38,272 nt of DNA from Macrostomum lignano (Eukaryota). The stretch lies in NCBI GenBank assembly GCA_002269645.1, contig NIVC01003012.1:35379-73650 (forward strand). Direction: 5' to 3'. Position 1 is the first letter of the stretch, and each line of letters opens with the position of its first letter. Shown piece by piece: positions 1-13,717 of this stretch. Below the pieces are notes generated by a model, which searched no databases, had not been told where the DNA came from, and saw nothing but the letters and a program-made list of their open reading frames with translations. Both the position numbers and the translations under genes were made by a program.

Positions 1-850
1 GGGGAGGGTCATTGTGAGGGAGGATCATTGTGGAGAGCGTCATCGTGATGAGAGAAAAAAGCAACAAACTCCTCAAATCGTGAAGTAAACCAGACGGCAT
101 TATTACCCTAGCAACGGTGTGCAAACCGCCTTGGATACCGTGTTTAGAAAGACAGAAGACAATGTATCAAGTTGGAAATTTCAGCACCATCCACGTAGTC
201 AGCCGAATGCGTTCACGGAACTGTTGGAAAGATTATCTGGGGGTTATTGGGCATCACTATGCAGACAAGGGGGGAGCAATATTACTAACCGCCTTGGAGG
301 CCTTGGAGACAGCGGTGAAGGGCCAGTCCGGCTAATTGGCCCAGCAGACTCGCTGCAGTTCCGCATGCATCCGCGTGTTAGCTAATAATCGGCACCCAGG
401 TCCTGGCAGACTGCGCCACCCACCTGTCAACTTTTGCTTGCTTTGCTTCTGCTTTCACTGGCCGGCAAGGGTGGGGGGGGCGGTTGGCGGCGGCGGCGGC
501 GGCAGGGCAAATGCAAGATGAAGAATGAATCTGGGTCAGCTTGCAGCCAGCGCGCAGAGGGGATAAAAGGAAATGTTTCTATGGCTCAGCCTCGAAAGGC
601 GGCCTCCGCGATGCCACACATCGTAAACACGGCAGGTGACTGGGAAGGGTGTGAAAAACGGGATTCTGTGGGTTGGGGGGCGAAATTCCAGACTTCTAGG
701 GGAGACGGTGGCCTCAAAGCCCAGAAATTAACACCAGAATTTGTGCAGGAAGCCGCATCTGATACTGATTGCTGCTAGGGAGACAGGGACTGCCTTGTCC
801 AGGACTGGGTCTGCGTCTGTTTGTTGCTATGCTGCTGTGGGGGTTTTAAA

Positions 851-1789
<939 letters not shown>

Positions 1790-2436
1790 TGAGCATTTGC
1801 ACCCAAGAGCTCCGCGGTTCCAATCAAACCGCATGCAGGCAGTGTGGCTGGCTTCAGAGAGTAGAACACACACAGAGTATAAAAGAGAATGGAGCCACGG
1901 GGAGAATTGAGAAGGGGGGGGCAGCTAGCAAGAGGAAAAAATTAAATTGGGAATTGATTTTTCGTTCACTTCACGCACAATGAGACGACGCTGGGCTCGT
2001 GGCGTCGGATGCAGAGAGACGGGATTTTTATCACCACAACCGAGGGTTGGGGCAATCTGATTGGAATTTCTCGGTGAGAGGGGAGGAAAAAATTGAGACT
2101 GAAGATGCTGAGACTAAAGAGGCAGTTGCAGCATGGGATTTGCTTAGCGGGGACTCTGCTGCAGTCTGCATTATTGGGGAAGTTTTTATGAACTGCTAAG
2201 GAAGCCAGATTGGAGGGGGGATGGCTTTGCCGCCACGTCTGAGAATAATATTGAAGCCTGGACTCCGAGCTGCAGACTCCCACAGCCGGTCATTAGTCAC
2301 TGCTGCATCAGGTGGAGCCCCGGGTGGTCTCAAGTGTCTGCTCAGTGGGATACTCTGAGGGAGACTGGTCATGCAGTTTGCAATAAGTACACAAGCTGAA
2401 TGCTTGCTGTTAACTTTATTTTCTGTACCAGGAAAC

Positions 2437-3457
2437 ATGGAACCCATCAAGCTACAATGGAACCCCATCAAGCTACAATAGAACCCCATCAAGCTACAAT
2501 GGAACCCCATCAAGCTACAATGTAAACCCATCAAGCTACAGTGCAACCCATCAAGCTACAATGGAACCCCATCAAGCTACAATGGAACCCCATCAAGCTA
2601 CAATGGAACCCCATCAATCTACAATGGAACTCCATCAAGCTACAATGTAAACCCATCAAGCTACAGTGCAACCCATCAAGCTACAATGGAACCCCATCAA
2701 GCTACAATGGAACCCCATCAATCTACAATGGAACTCCATCAAGCTACAATGTAAACCCATCAAGCTACAATGCAACCCATCAAGCTACAATGGAACCCCA
2801 TCAAGCTACAATGCAACCCATCAAGCTACAATGGAACCCCATCAAGCTACAATGGAACCCCATCAATATGCAATGGAACCCCATCAAGCTACAATGTAAC
2901 CCCATCAAGCTACAATGTAACCCCATCAAGCTACAATGGAACCCCATCAAGCTACAATGGAACCCCATCAAGCTACAATGTAACCCCATCAAGCTACAAT
3001 GTAACCCCATCAAGCTACAATGGAACCCCATCAAGCTACAATGGAACCCCATCAAGCTACAATGTAACCCCATCAAGCTACAATGGAACCCCATCAAGCT
3101 ACAATGGAACCCCATCAAGCTACAATGTAACCCCATCAAGCTACAATGGAACCCCATCAAGCTACAATGGAACCCCATCAAGCTACAATGGAACCCCATC
3201 AATCTACAATGGAACCCCATCAAGCTACAATGGAACCCCATCAATCTACAATGGAACCCCATCAAGCTACAATGGAACCCCATCAATCTACAATGGAACT
3301 CCATCAAGCTACAATGGAACCCCATCAAGCTACAATGGAACCCCATCAAGCTACAATAGAACCCCATCAAGCTACAATAGAACCCCATCAAGCTACAATG
3401 GAACCCCATCAAGCTACAATGGAACCCCATCAAGCTACAATGGAACCCCATCAAGCT
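2437..3457. repeat. 21-bp minisatellite (ATGGAACCCCATCAAGCTACA)n, about 48 copies
   Basis: Unit read directly from the sequence; some 20-bp variants near the start; translates as 7-aa repeats in several frames. Confidence 0.98.
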
Positions 3458-4224
3458 GCAGAACCATGGTGCAGGAACTGATTCTGGGCTTAGGCCTGCA
3501 TCAAAGTCGATCTGGCCCTCACCAATCGCAGGTACATATACCTGGCGGCTTTATGCAGAAACTGATCCCCTCTACGCCGCATGCCCTGCAGCTACAGCAG
3601 GCAGAGGCTTGACACCCTGGCGTACAGGCAGATAATGACTCCTGACTGTGCCTGATAATTGACAGCTTCAGGCCAGGGCGCTGGGGGTGCGAAAATCCAC
3701 AACTTGTCGGATCGAGGAGGGGGGGGGGTCGGCAGTCGGGTGGGATTCGCGGTTTCCTTGATTCTCTCCTAGCGCTCGGTTGACCTCCGCTGACTTCGAC
3801 GCCGATGAAAAAAAACGAAAGAAAATTTCCTGACACACACAAACTGCTTCGCGGAGGTGGCTATTATAAACAAACGGTTCGAATGCAGTTCCGCAAACAT
3901 ATCGGGAGGAACAAATCTCTATGTTTCTCCATTTTTTAGGCAACGGATTAAACTCGCCAGATTGTAACTTGCCTTTGTTTTTGGCCAGAAAACATGCAGA
4001 ATATTTCTAACTTACCGTGGGTAATGAAAACTGAAATTAAACACAATCAATCGCTTGCCCGTCAGTCAAATTTAAGTCAAAGTCAAGCGTCAAAAATCGA
4101 TCAATATTAATTAAGTTAGCTGGATCTTAAGCTGGCAATCCTACTGCTTAGTAACAAGTTGCAGACATTAACGGTTTTTTACTGTGCGATACTGCCATTA
4201 TTTGACTGCCCGCGGTAAAGCTTC

Positions 4225-4540
4225 AGGTTAAGGGTTTAAAGTAGGGTTTAGGTTAGGAATTAGTGGCTTTAGGGTCTAGGTTTTTAGGGTTTTTTAAGGT
4301 TAGGGTTTTAGGGTTCAGGGTTTTAGGGTTTCTAGTTTTGGGGGTTTTAGGGATTTAGGGTTCTAGATTAGGGTTTAGGCTTTTTAGGATTTTCAGGGTT
4401 TTAGGTTTTTTAGGGTTAGGGTTTTTGGATTTCAAGAGATAGGGTTAGGGTTTAAGGGTTTGGATTTTTGGGTTTTAGGGCTTAGGGTTCGGGCTTTAGG
4501 GTTAGGGTTTTAGGGGTTTAAGGTTAGGGTAGGGTTAGGG
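4225..4540 (+). repeat. Degenerate interstitial telomere-like (TTAGGG/TTTAGGG) tract
   Basis: G/T-rich tract of GGTTAGGG, GGTTTTAGGG and GGTTTAGG variants with irregular T-run lengths. Confidence 0.8.
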
Positions 4541-4747
4541 TCTACAGTCAAACTTCTGACGGTAGTCAGCTGTCGTAGACCCTTTTTGCTGTTTGATAAT
4601 CAACTTATGAGTATAATATTGACAATAGTATATCGTAATTAACTACAATCTACATGTTATTAGCGTTTTTACTGCGGATTTATTTACATCTCGATCGTAT
4701 GTCTCGTCGTTTCGTGGCAGTTGGCTGGTTTTTGCCGATTTCTATTA

Positions 4748-4927
4748 ATTGATATTCATAAAGCTTTTCGTTCAGAAAATTCGGATTCTATATTAATTTT
4801 TTATTCTCCGTGCCGTCCCATTTTAATGGTTTTTAGGCACAGGACATGTGCTATTTGTATTTTTGGAGAATACAAAAATTAACATAAAACCCGAATTTTC
4901 TTAACGAAAAGCTTCATGAATATCAAT
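4748..4927. repeat. Imperfect inverted repeat, about 62-bp arms (4748-4809 / 4865-4927), about 55-bp spacer
   Basis: Reverse complement of the right arm matches the left arm with 5 substitutions and 1 indel. Confidence 0.9.
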
Positions 4928-5159
4928 GGAGCTACAAGAAAGGCACAACATATCAAAAGATGAACATTGGGTCTGCCTCCTATCGAAAGCAATAACAAGT
5001 TTTGTGCTGTAAAATGAAAACTTCCTATCTCAGTAAGTGTATTTTTAGGCGAAAACCAGCCTCCCTAGCACGTAGTTTCCAGTCCTTCTACTCCAGTAGT
5101 CCTTGATCCAGCTATGTACTCATGCAGCTTTCATTTTAAACTGCTCTGTCTCTCAAATC

Positions 5160-5478
5160 AATATATGACTTGAAATTTTGTCCATAGACTTCTGCGGGGT
5201 AAAGACTTCAATGAACTTTAGCAGCATCTTCATCTCCATTCACAGTCGCACTTGGTCTCCGCTCTAACAAGCCTCATTCCCACTTACTGTCAGTTATAGC
5301 CAGGTGTCTCAAAGACTGCACCTCCTTGATCAGTGTTCAGACTTCTCTTTTCCTTGTCTTGTTCTCTTACCATCCTCTCCCTTTGTCTTCTTTCACTACC
5401 GTTCCCCTTTACCTCTTCGTAGCCATGTGGCACATTGGTCGTATTGGTCCTGACCACTCCATCAGATGCGCGATACAT
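5160..5478 (-). mobile_element. Possible degraded Penelope-like element 3' fragment (GIY-YIG C-terminus plus hammerhead-like remnant)
   Basis: ORF 5290-5478 contains EEVK...SERRQRERMVRE...SLNTDQGG, resembling the PLE endonuclease C-terminal pattern (DW..K+..RE....RW+KEA+..R....+NRD.G). It is followed by CCGCAGA-AGTC-TATG-GAC-AAAA-TTTCAAGTC, a degenerate hammerhead-like core. Confidence 0.35.
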
Positions 5479-5944
5479 ACTACTTACTGTTCAATGAACA
5501 AGTAGATTGAAATTTTCATTAACATCCACCCAGTAAAATGAAATAAGAAACGCGGTGCAACACACTACTCGCAAGCATTTAACAGTCTAACTAACAGACC
5601 GAGAAGCATAATTACTAACAAACGACTCCTTGAAACAACACAAGGTTATGCGAGTTCAATTTTTTTATTGTTTTATTTTTCTCAATTTTTATTCGACAAA
5701 CTAACAGCTGACAAAAGACAAGAGGGAGGGAACAAGTCCGACGGCTTATTAAATGTCTTGTTCACCATCATCATATCGGGATGCATAAAAATATGGCTTG
5801 TCCAGATGGGAATATGCTATTATTTATCGATTGCTAACTACTGTTTGAAGTTTAAAACATCGGAGGTGCTACACGGGGTCAGAGTGGAGTTACACACCGC
5901 ATCCTGTCTCGCTGCGTGCCCAGGTTTCCTTTGCAGTTTGCTGC

Positions 5945-5953
5945 TCAAACCGA
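5945..5953 (-). CDS. Putative terminal coding exon of peroxiredoxin (SV-stop)
   Basis: Strong acceptor TTTTATTTTCAG|TCG GTT TGA in phase 0, matching the phase-0 donor CAG|GTGAGC at 6721/6720. Gives the C-terminus SKDYFQSV*. Three AATAAA signals follow about 250-280 nt downstream (5663-5693). Confidence 0.6.
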   Translation of the reverse strand, partial: SV

Positions 5954-6029
5954 CTGAAAATAAAATGGATTGGGCATTAACTGGCTGCACCGCTGCCTTC
6001 GCTTGTGAAAAACGGAATTACCGCACAAT

Positions 6030-6436
<407 letters not shown>

Positions 6437-6720
6437 TGTCTTAGTGATTGCCTCCTTATCTTTAAATAAAACAAATATTGGCAGGAGGGCTGTCGGCACC
6501 TGGCGCAATGCGCTGACGGCAATTCTGCCCATTGCGCTGATTCCTGAGCACAACACACAAGCGCGCCAATGCTGTACACAGACACGCGCTCACACAGGGA
6601 GTACAGGGGCCCTGGTTTTCTTATCGACAGGCACTCCCTCCGGACCAATTTGTTTTTCTCCACACAAGAATCGAACCAGGGGTGCTAACCCGACCGCTAA
6701 AGCCCCGCCCGAGCGCTCAC

Positions 6721-7329
6721 CTGGAAATAGTCCTTGCTTTTAACCGGGTCCGGTTTCATAGTCTTGGCGCCGGGCTTCCAGTTGGCCGGGCAGACTTCGC
6801 CGTGCTTGTCGGTGAACTGGAAGGCCTGCACCAGACGGAGAGTCTCGTCAACGGACCGTCCAACAGGCAGGTCGTTGATTGTGATCTGCCTGAGCTGGCC
6901 CTTCTCGTTGATAATGAACAGGCCGCGGAAGGCGATGCCCTCGTCGCCTTTGAGCACACCGTAGGCGCGGCTAATCGCGTGAGACGGATCGGCGAGCAGC
7001 GGCATGTTGAGCCGGCCGAGTCCGCCGTCCTTGCGAGCCGTGTTGGTCCAGGCCAGGTGGACAAAGTGAGTGTCGGTGCTGCAGGCCACCAGTTCGCAGT
7101 TGGCCTTGCGAAAGTCTTCGGCCCGATCGCTGAAGGCGATGATCTCGGTGGGGCAGACAAAGGTGAAGTCGGCCGGATAGAAGAACAGCACAACATATTT
7201 GCCGCGATAGTTGGCCAGGCTGATGTCGGCGAACGACTGGTCGGGCATCACGGCTTTGCCGGCAAAGTCGGGCGCCTGGCAGCCTGGCAACAGTTGCTGG
7301 GCGGACATCTGGTCGGGCTTGTTAGCTAG
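6721..7329 (-). CDS. PRDX: Typical 2-Cys peroxiredoxin (AhpC/Prx1 subfamily), main exon
   Basis: Motifs [19 protein letters not shown] (peroxidatic Cys), [37 protein letters not shown] (resolving Cys) and YF. Acceptor CCCAG|CTA at 7330/7329 has an upstream ACTAAT branch point. Donor CAG|GTGAGC at 6721. If the last intron is retained, the ORF ends at 6697. Confidence 0.97.
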
Positions 7330-7432
7330 CTGGGATGGATGGGGCGGGTTGTAGATCAGATTAGTATTGACAGACTTATTCATTCAAAGTTTACTGGATT
7401 GCCACTTGGTAACTGCGGCGGCTGTTAAGTCT

Positions 7433-8413
7433 GGCAGTTTGGGATTCTTAAGCTGTGTGACAGTTTGGAGGCGATTCTTAAGCTGCGTGACAGTTTGGAG
7501 GCGATTCTTAAGCTGTGTGACAGTTTGGAGGCGATTCTTAAGCTGTGTGACAGTTTGGAGGCGATTCTTAAGCTGCGTGACAGTTTGGGGGCGATTCTCA
7601 AGCTGTGGGACAGTTTGGAGGCGATTCTAAAAGATGTGTGGCAGTTTGGAGGCGATTCTTAAGCTGTGTGACAGTTTGGAGGCGATTCTCAAGCTGTGTG
7701 GAACAGTTTGGAGGCGATTCTCAACCTGTGTGAAACAGTTTGGGGGCGATTCTCAACCTGTGGAACAGTTTGGAGGCGATTCTTAAGCTGTGTGACAGTT
7801 TGGAGGCGATTCTCAACCTGTGTGATAGTTTGGGGCGATTCTTAAGCTGTGGGACAGTTTGGGGGCGATTCTCAAGCTGTGGGACAGTTTAAGGGCGATT
7901 CTCAAGCTGTGGGACAGTTTAAGGGCGATTCTCAAGCTGTGTGACAGTTTGGGGGCGATTCTCAACCTGTGTGACAGTTTGGGGGCGATTCTCAACCTGT
8001 GTGACAGTTTGAGGGCGATTCTCAACCTGTGTGACAGTTTGAGGGCGATTCTTGAGCTGTTTGACAGTTTGGGGGCGATTCTTAAGCTGTGGGACAGTTT
8101 AAGTGCGATTCTCAAGCTGTGTGACAGTTTGGGGGCGATTCTCAACCTGTGTGACAGTTTGGGGGCGATTCTCAACCTGTGTGACAGTTCGAGGGCGATT
8201 CTTGAGCTGTTTGACAGTTTGGGGGCGATTCTTAAGCTGTGTGACAGTTTGGGGGCGATTCTCAAGCTGTGGGACAGTTAAAGGACGATTCTCAAGCTGT
8301 GTGACAGTTTGGAGGCGATTCTCAAGCTGTGGGACAGTTTAAGGGCGATTCTTAAGCTGTGTGACAGTTTGGAGGCGATTCTCAAGCTGTGGGACAGTTT
8401 AAGGGCGATTCTT
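7433..8413. repeat. 30-bp minisatellite (GACAGTTTGGAGGCGATTCTTAAGCTGTGT)n, about 32 copies
   Basis: Unit read directly; lies about 100 nt inside the peroxiredoxin intron from the acceptor. Confidence 0.98.
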
Positions 8414-9552
8414 GTCGCCTCGGTTTGGTGTCGCCTCAAATACAGCAGTTAATAGTAAGTAAGAAACTTCCCCAAAGCAATAATGCGATAGTTTTATGTT
8501 GGCGCCTAAAAAGTACTTTTTAAAAAAGAAGTTTCAGCACGAGAGTGGAGCAGGCAAAGCCTGGTAGGGGGATTTAGCAACAGTACACTCTATAGAAAAT
8601 ATTATTTAACACTGCAGAACGTGCCCGTCAGGCAGCTTCGGGTCGAGGGCAACGGCAATAGGCCTGGGATGGGATTAAAAAGAGCAACGCCAAAAGATGA
8701 TTGTCAATCCGGCCTATGAGAGATAACACTGGGGCTAAAAAATCCCTAAATATCCCCCATCCCCCTGCAAACAGGGACTAGGCAGGTATTGTTACACTGG
8801 CTAGATGTTAATTTCGAAGCTAGACGATCCTTCCTATCCTTCATGGTACACGTATAGAATGTTGTAAATCCGATTTGGCCATCTGCTACATCCATGTTCA
8901 GTGCACACACACACATATATATACAGCATATAGTGCCGCCGAAACCCTCTAACGAATCGGACCCGTCAAGGACAACTTTTGCGTAGATATCTGGATCGGA
9001 AACAGTCCGCACACCAACAAAGGACCGAACTTGACAGAATTAATTCAAGAGATTTTTCTGCACAACGGGTCTCCAGTCCAGGTAATAGCCAGAGGTAGGT
9101 CCATGGACCAAACTTTCTACAAGGTTCCTTTGCTTTACTAATTAACGGGATGGATGATGAAGGTAAGAGGTAAAAAATGCTTGGGGGGAGAAATCGAGGG
9201 ACAAAAAAGAGCCGGGAGCAGCAAGGGATTAAGCAGGGTGAGTAGGCCGGATTTTAATTTAAGTTTCGCAGCGAACTCAGACCTGGGCATAGCTGGCTTA
9301 ACCGCCCCCCCCCCCGGCATCAGGAAGGCTCTGCAGGCAGGATTAAGATAAGCAGAGTAGTGAGCCGGAGCGGGAGAACAGAAAAAGTAAAAGCAGAAGA
9401 TCAACTAGAGCAAGCTCAAATACTAGACATGAAATGCATATACTTTCGAAAGAAAACATTCGAGTTGCATATACTGAGCTTGATTTTTTTATTTCAGTAA
9501 ATTTATATTTCCACTTTTATTTAAAATTTGGTTTATGAGACATTCTAATATG

Positions 9553-10412
9553 AGAGATTCTGAGGGTTGTTTGTGTGAGATTCTGAGGGTGGTTTGTGTG
9601 AGATTCTGAGGGTGGTTTGTGTGAGATTCTGAGGGTGGTTTGTGTGAGATTCTGAGGGTGGTTTATGAGAGATTCTGAGGGTGGTTTGCGTGAGATTCTG
9701 AGGGTGGTTTGCGTGAGATTCTGAGGGTGGTTTGTGTGAGATTCTGAGGGTGGTTTGCGTGAGATTCTGAGGGTGGTTTATGTGAGATTCTGAGGGTGGT
9801 TTGTGTGAGATTCTGAGGGTGGTTTATGTGAGATTCTGAGGGTGGTTTGTGTGAGATTCTGGGGGTGGTTTATGCGAGATTCTGAGGGTGGTTTGTGTGA
9901 GATTCTGAGGGTGGTTTATGTGAGATTCTGAGGGTGGTTTGTGTGAGATTCTTAGGGTGGTTTGCGTGAGATTCTGAGGGGGGTTTATGTGAGATTCTGA
10001 GGGTGGTTTGTGTGAGATTCTGAGGGTTGTTTATGCGAGATTCTGAGGGTGGTTTGTGTGAGATTCTGAGGGTGGTTTATGTGAGATTCTGAGGGTTGTT
10101 TGTGTGAGATTCTGAGGGTTGTTTATGTGAGATTCTGAGGGTGGTTTATGTGAAATTCTGAGGGTGGTTTATGTGAAATTCTGAGGGTGGTTTATGTGAA
10201 ATTCTGAGGGTGGTTTATGTGAAATTCTGAGGGTGGTTTATGTGAGATTCTGAGGGTGGTTTGTGTGAGATTCTGAGGGTGGTTTGTGTGAAATTCTGAG
10301 GGTGGTTTGTGTGAAATTCTGAGGGTGGTTTGTGTGAAATTCTGAGGGTGGTTTATGTGAAATTCTGAGGGTGGTTTGTGTGAGATTCTGAGGGTGGTTT
10401 ATGTAAGATTCT
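9553..10412. repeat. 23-bp minisatellite (GAGATTCTGAGGGTGGTTTGTGT)n, about 37 copies
   Basis: Period measured from 9577 to 9600; variants TATGT/TGCGT and GAAATT. Confidence 0.98.
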
Positions 10413-11019
10413 AACACTCGCGAGTCTGTGACTGTAGAAGTCTGTGAAAGCAAACAGCATGCGGGCAGAATGAGAAAGAACACAGAATCCCTTTGATGAC
10501 ACAGTAATCGCTTACAGCAGTGAGTGCTGCACTTGACCAAAGTTTTCAGCCAACTCTCGACGACTTTGCAAACTTAGCGTCAAGTAGGGGAGAATGATAA
10601 TAGTAATATAAAGTTTAGCGCTTAATTGGACAGCAAAGATTTGAGAAGCCGAATTGGAGCAAAGTAGAGAAAGTGAAGCTAAAGAAGGCAAGCATTGAGC
10701 TTGAGTTAAGGCTAAGCTTAGTGAAGCACTTAACTAACATAGAACTAATGATCTCCTACCCCGATACATAAACTAACCATCAACGTCCAGTGGGAGACCT
10801 TGTACTTTCCCTGTCACTTTATTCACTGTAGCTTCCTTGACTGCATGCTTAGGACTGCAGGGCCCTCTCTTCCCCACTCTCTTCTCTCTCACATGCACAC
10901 ACGCGAAAGCCAATCCCGAAGATCACTTTAACAACTGTGAAGACTGGAACAGAAAAGGTTGGCAAACTTTTTTAACATAAGGGCTAGATATTGAAGCTAG
11001 CTCATGACTGCGGACCAGA

Positions 11020-11335
11020 GCGAGATGTGAGATGAGAGAGGAAAGGAGAGATGAGGGGAGACAAGGGAGAGAGGGGAGACAAAGAGAGAGGAGAGGAGAT
11101 GCGAGATGAGACAGGAAATGGGAGATGAGGGGAGACAAGGGAGAGAGGGGAGACAAAGGGAGAGGAGAGGAGATGCGAGATGAGACAGGAAATGGGAGAT
11201 GAGGGGAGACAAGGGAGAGAGGGGAGACAAAGGGAGAGGAGAGGAGATGTGAGATGAGAGAGGAAAGGGGAGAGAGGGGAGATGAGGGGAGAGAGGAGGG
11301 GAGGTATGTGAAATGAGAGGAGAGGAGAAAAAATG
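11020..11335. repeat. Purine-rich 74-bp tandem repeat, about 4 copies
   Basis: ATGAGGGGAGACAAGG recurs at 11051, 11125 and 11199. Confidence 0.9.
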
Positions 11336-11990
11336 AGAGCTGAGAAGAGACACAAATCTTAAGCGGATCGAGTTTCGAAGGACCAGATAGAGAGGCTTTG
11401 CAGACCGGAGTTGCCCCCCCCCTGGCCCTGCTATAGATGTGGCGCCAAAATGACCAAAAGCACAATTACCAGCTGCATATTTGTTGAATTCTTTATGCTA
11501 TATATTATTTATTATACATATTTACACACACACACACAACAAAAAACTATTATTAACCAACGCCGGGAAGCCATAGCTACTATAAGAGAGAGAAGGAATG
11601 AATAATAGGCTAGGCAAGGCATGTATATATAGAAACTGTATTATCATCCAGGTTATAGTATAGTAAATAAACATACGAGGAAAATGCCGGGCAGAGGGGA
11701 GGGGGGTTGGAAGAATAGGGGAACGGAAGGCGACTGAAAAGGCGGCGCGAGGTTCTGGAAGAGCCAAAGAAGCGAGGGGGGGGATAGAAATGCATCACAA
11801 GAGAGTGGAGAAGGGAGTTAAGATGCAGGGCGAAAGCGGCTTCATCTGCCAGGGCATGAGCACACGCCAACCACCCCAAGACTGCTCACTAATCGGGGGC
11901 GGCTGGGCACTGACTGAGCTGAGACTTGCCTGATTCAATTAGCACAGCAGGCAAAGGCAAGGCATAGCGGCTCCTGAGAATCTAAAGATC

Positions 11991-12095
11991 CTATTTGGCA
12001 TGATAGAGACGAGATATGCACTCGTTGAGGGAAGGGTAGGGATACGGCAATTGGCCATCTGAGGCTAGCAGCAGCAGCAGCAGCAGCAGCAGTCT
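11991..12095 (-). CDS. Putative terminal exon of an unknown gene nested in the peroxiredoxin intron ([34 protein letters not shown])
   Basis: Acceptor CCCATAG|AGA with a CACTAAC branch point about 30 nt upstream; phase 0 matches the donor at 13289. Confidence 0.3.
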   Translation of the reverse strand, partial: RLLLLLLLLLASDGQLPYPYPSLNECISRLYHAK

Positions 12096-12248
12096 CTATG
12101 GGTGCCAAGTCTATTCTCTTGCGTTAGTGCCATCCTTAATTAATCATTGGATATACCATGCTGCAAGATGCTGAAATACACCTGAAAATTTATCACTAAA
12201 TCAGTGACCCGAAAGCTTGACAGATTGGTGGGATTAAGAATAAAACAT

Positions 12249-13264
12249 AGCTCAGTCAGTGGATCCAGAATTAACACAGTGGCGTGAGCAGCTCAGTCAG
12301 TGGATCCAGAATTCACACAGTGGCGTGAGCAGCTCAGTCAGTGAATCCAGAATTCACACAGTGGCGTGAGCAGCTCAGTCAGTGAATCCAGAATTAACAC
12401 AGTGGCGTGAACAGCTCAGTCAGTGGATCCAGAATTAACACAGTGGCGTGAGCAGCTCAGTCAGTGGATCCAGAATTAACACAGTGGCGTGAGCAGCTCA
12501 GTCAGTGGATCCAGAATTCACACAGTGGCGTGAACAGCTCAGTCAGTGGATCCAGAATTAACACAGTGGCGTGAGCAGCTCAGTCAGTGAATCCAGAATT
12601 AACACAGTGGCGTGAACAGCTCAGTCAGTGGATCCAGAATTCCCACAGTGGCGTGAACAGCTCAGTCAGTGAATCCAGAATTCACACAGTCGCGTGAGCA
12701 GCTCAGTCAGTGAATCCAGAATTCACACAGTCGCGTGAGCAGCTCAGTCAGTGAATCCAGAATTAACACAGTGGCGTGAACAGCTCAGTCAGTGGATCCA
12801 GAATTCACACAGTGGCGTGAACAGCTCAGTCAGTGGATCCAGAATTAACACAGTGGCGTGAACAGCTCAGTCAGTGGATCCAGAATTAACACAGTGGCGT
12901 GAGCAGCTCAGTCAGTGAATCCAGAATTAACACAGTGGCGTGAACAGCTCAGTCAGTGGATCCAGAATTCCCACAGTGGCGTGAACAGCTCAGTCAGTGA
13001 ATCCAGAATTCACACAGTCGCGTGAATAGCTCAGTCAGTGGATCCAGAATTAACACAGTGGCGTGAACAGCTCAGTCAGTGAATCCAGAATTTCCACAGT
13101 GGCGTGAACAGCTCAGTCAGTGAATCCAGAATTCACACAGTCGCGTGAATAGCTCAGTCAGTGGATCCAGAATTCACACAGTGGCGTGAGCAGCTCATTC
13201 AGTGAATCCAGAATTCACACAGTGGCGTAAACAGCTCAGTCAGTGAATCCAGAATTCAGTGGCG
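12249..13264. repeat. 41-bp minisatellite (CAGCTCAGTCAGTGGATCCAGAATTAACACAGTGGCGTGAG)n, about 24 copies
   Basis: Unit read directly; fills the putative intron between the 13289 and 12095 exons. Confidence 0.98.
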
Positions 13265-13288
13265 CGAGTCCCGCATCTTGGGCCTCAC

Positions 13289-13717
13289 CGACACCAGCTG
13301 CAGCTGCTGCGCAAAGCCCCGAAGAAGCCGGTCAAGAAGGCGCTGGCCGCCGTCAGCAGCGAGCTCCGCGGCACCGCAGTTCTCGGTCAGCAGCTCACCG
13401 ACCTCGTCATCCCCGTCGGCCTCGTCATCCTGCTGCTGCATGACCGGACAAGAGCGAGCTACCGGACAGGGGATAACCATCGAGCACTCGGGATGCTCAA
13501 GCAGGCTGACGGGATGCAGATGGCCAACACCTGACACCGTCGACGACGTGGATGCAGCAGCAGCCGCCGCCGCCGCCGCCGCCGCCATGTCGGGAGGCAC
13601 AGGCGACGGCGGCGGCCGGCGATGACTTGGCGGACTGCGGACAGTCGGCGAAAATGAGACGTGCCGTTCGGAGCTCGAGTCGCGAGAGTCCTGCTTGATG
13701 ATTGGCCGGCAGCTCAT
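13289..13717 (-). CDS. Putative coding exon of an unknown gene (Ser/Pro-rich N-terminus, poly-Ala, acidic patch, predicted helical end)
   Basis: GC-rich 143-codon open frame with the same low-complexity style as the ETS exons; donor TCG|GTGAGG at 13289/13288. No family recognised. Confidence 0.5.

Noticed and set aside
117-778. Short plus-strand ORFs at the window start
   Set aside because: No recognisable domain or consistent splice model; they may be exons of a gene outside the window.
2541-3612. GTPSSYN / LQWNPIK repeat ORFs resembling a structural protein
   Set aside because: 21-bp array open in several frames on both strands, with no signal peptide or splice context.
6682-7329. 215-aa plus-strand ORF
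   Set aside because: Antisense shadow of the GC3-rich peroxiredoxin exon.
7330-7383. ORF-track N-terminus [18 protein letters not shown] of peroxiredoxin
   Set aside because: Contains the branch point and pyrimidine tract, so most likely intronic.
12249-13264. 41-bp and 35-bp arrays as CRISPR-like
   Set aside because: Units are contiguous with no unique spacers, the context is eukaryotic, and there are no cas genes.
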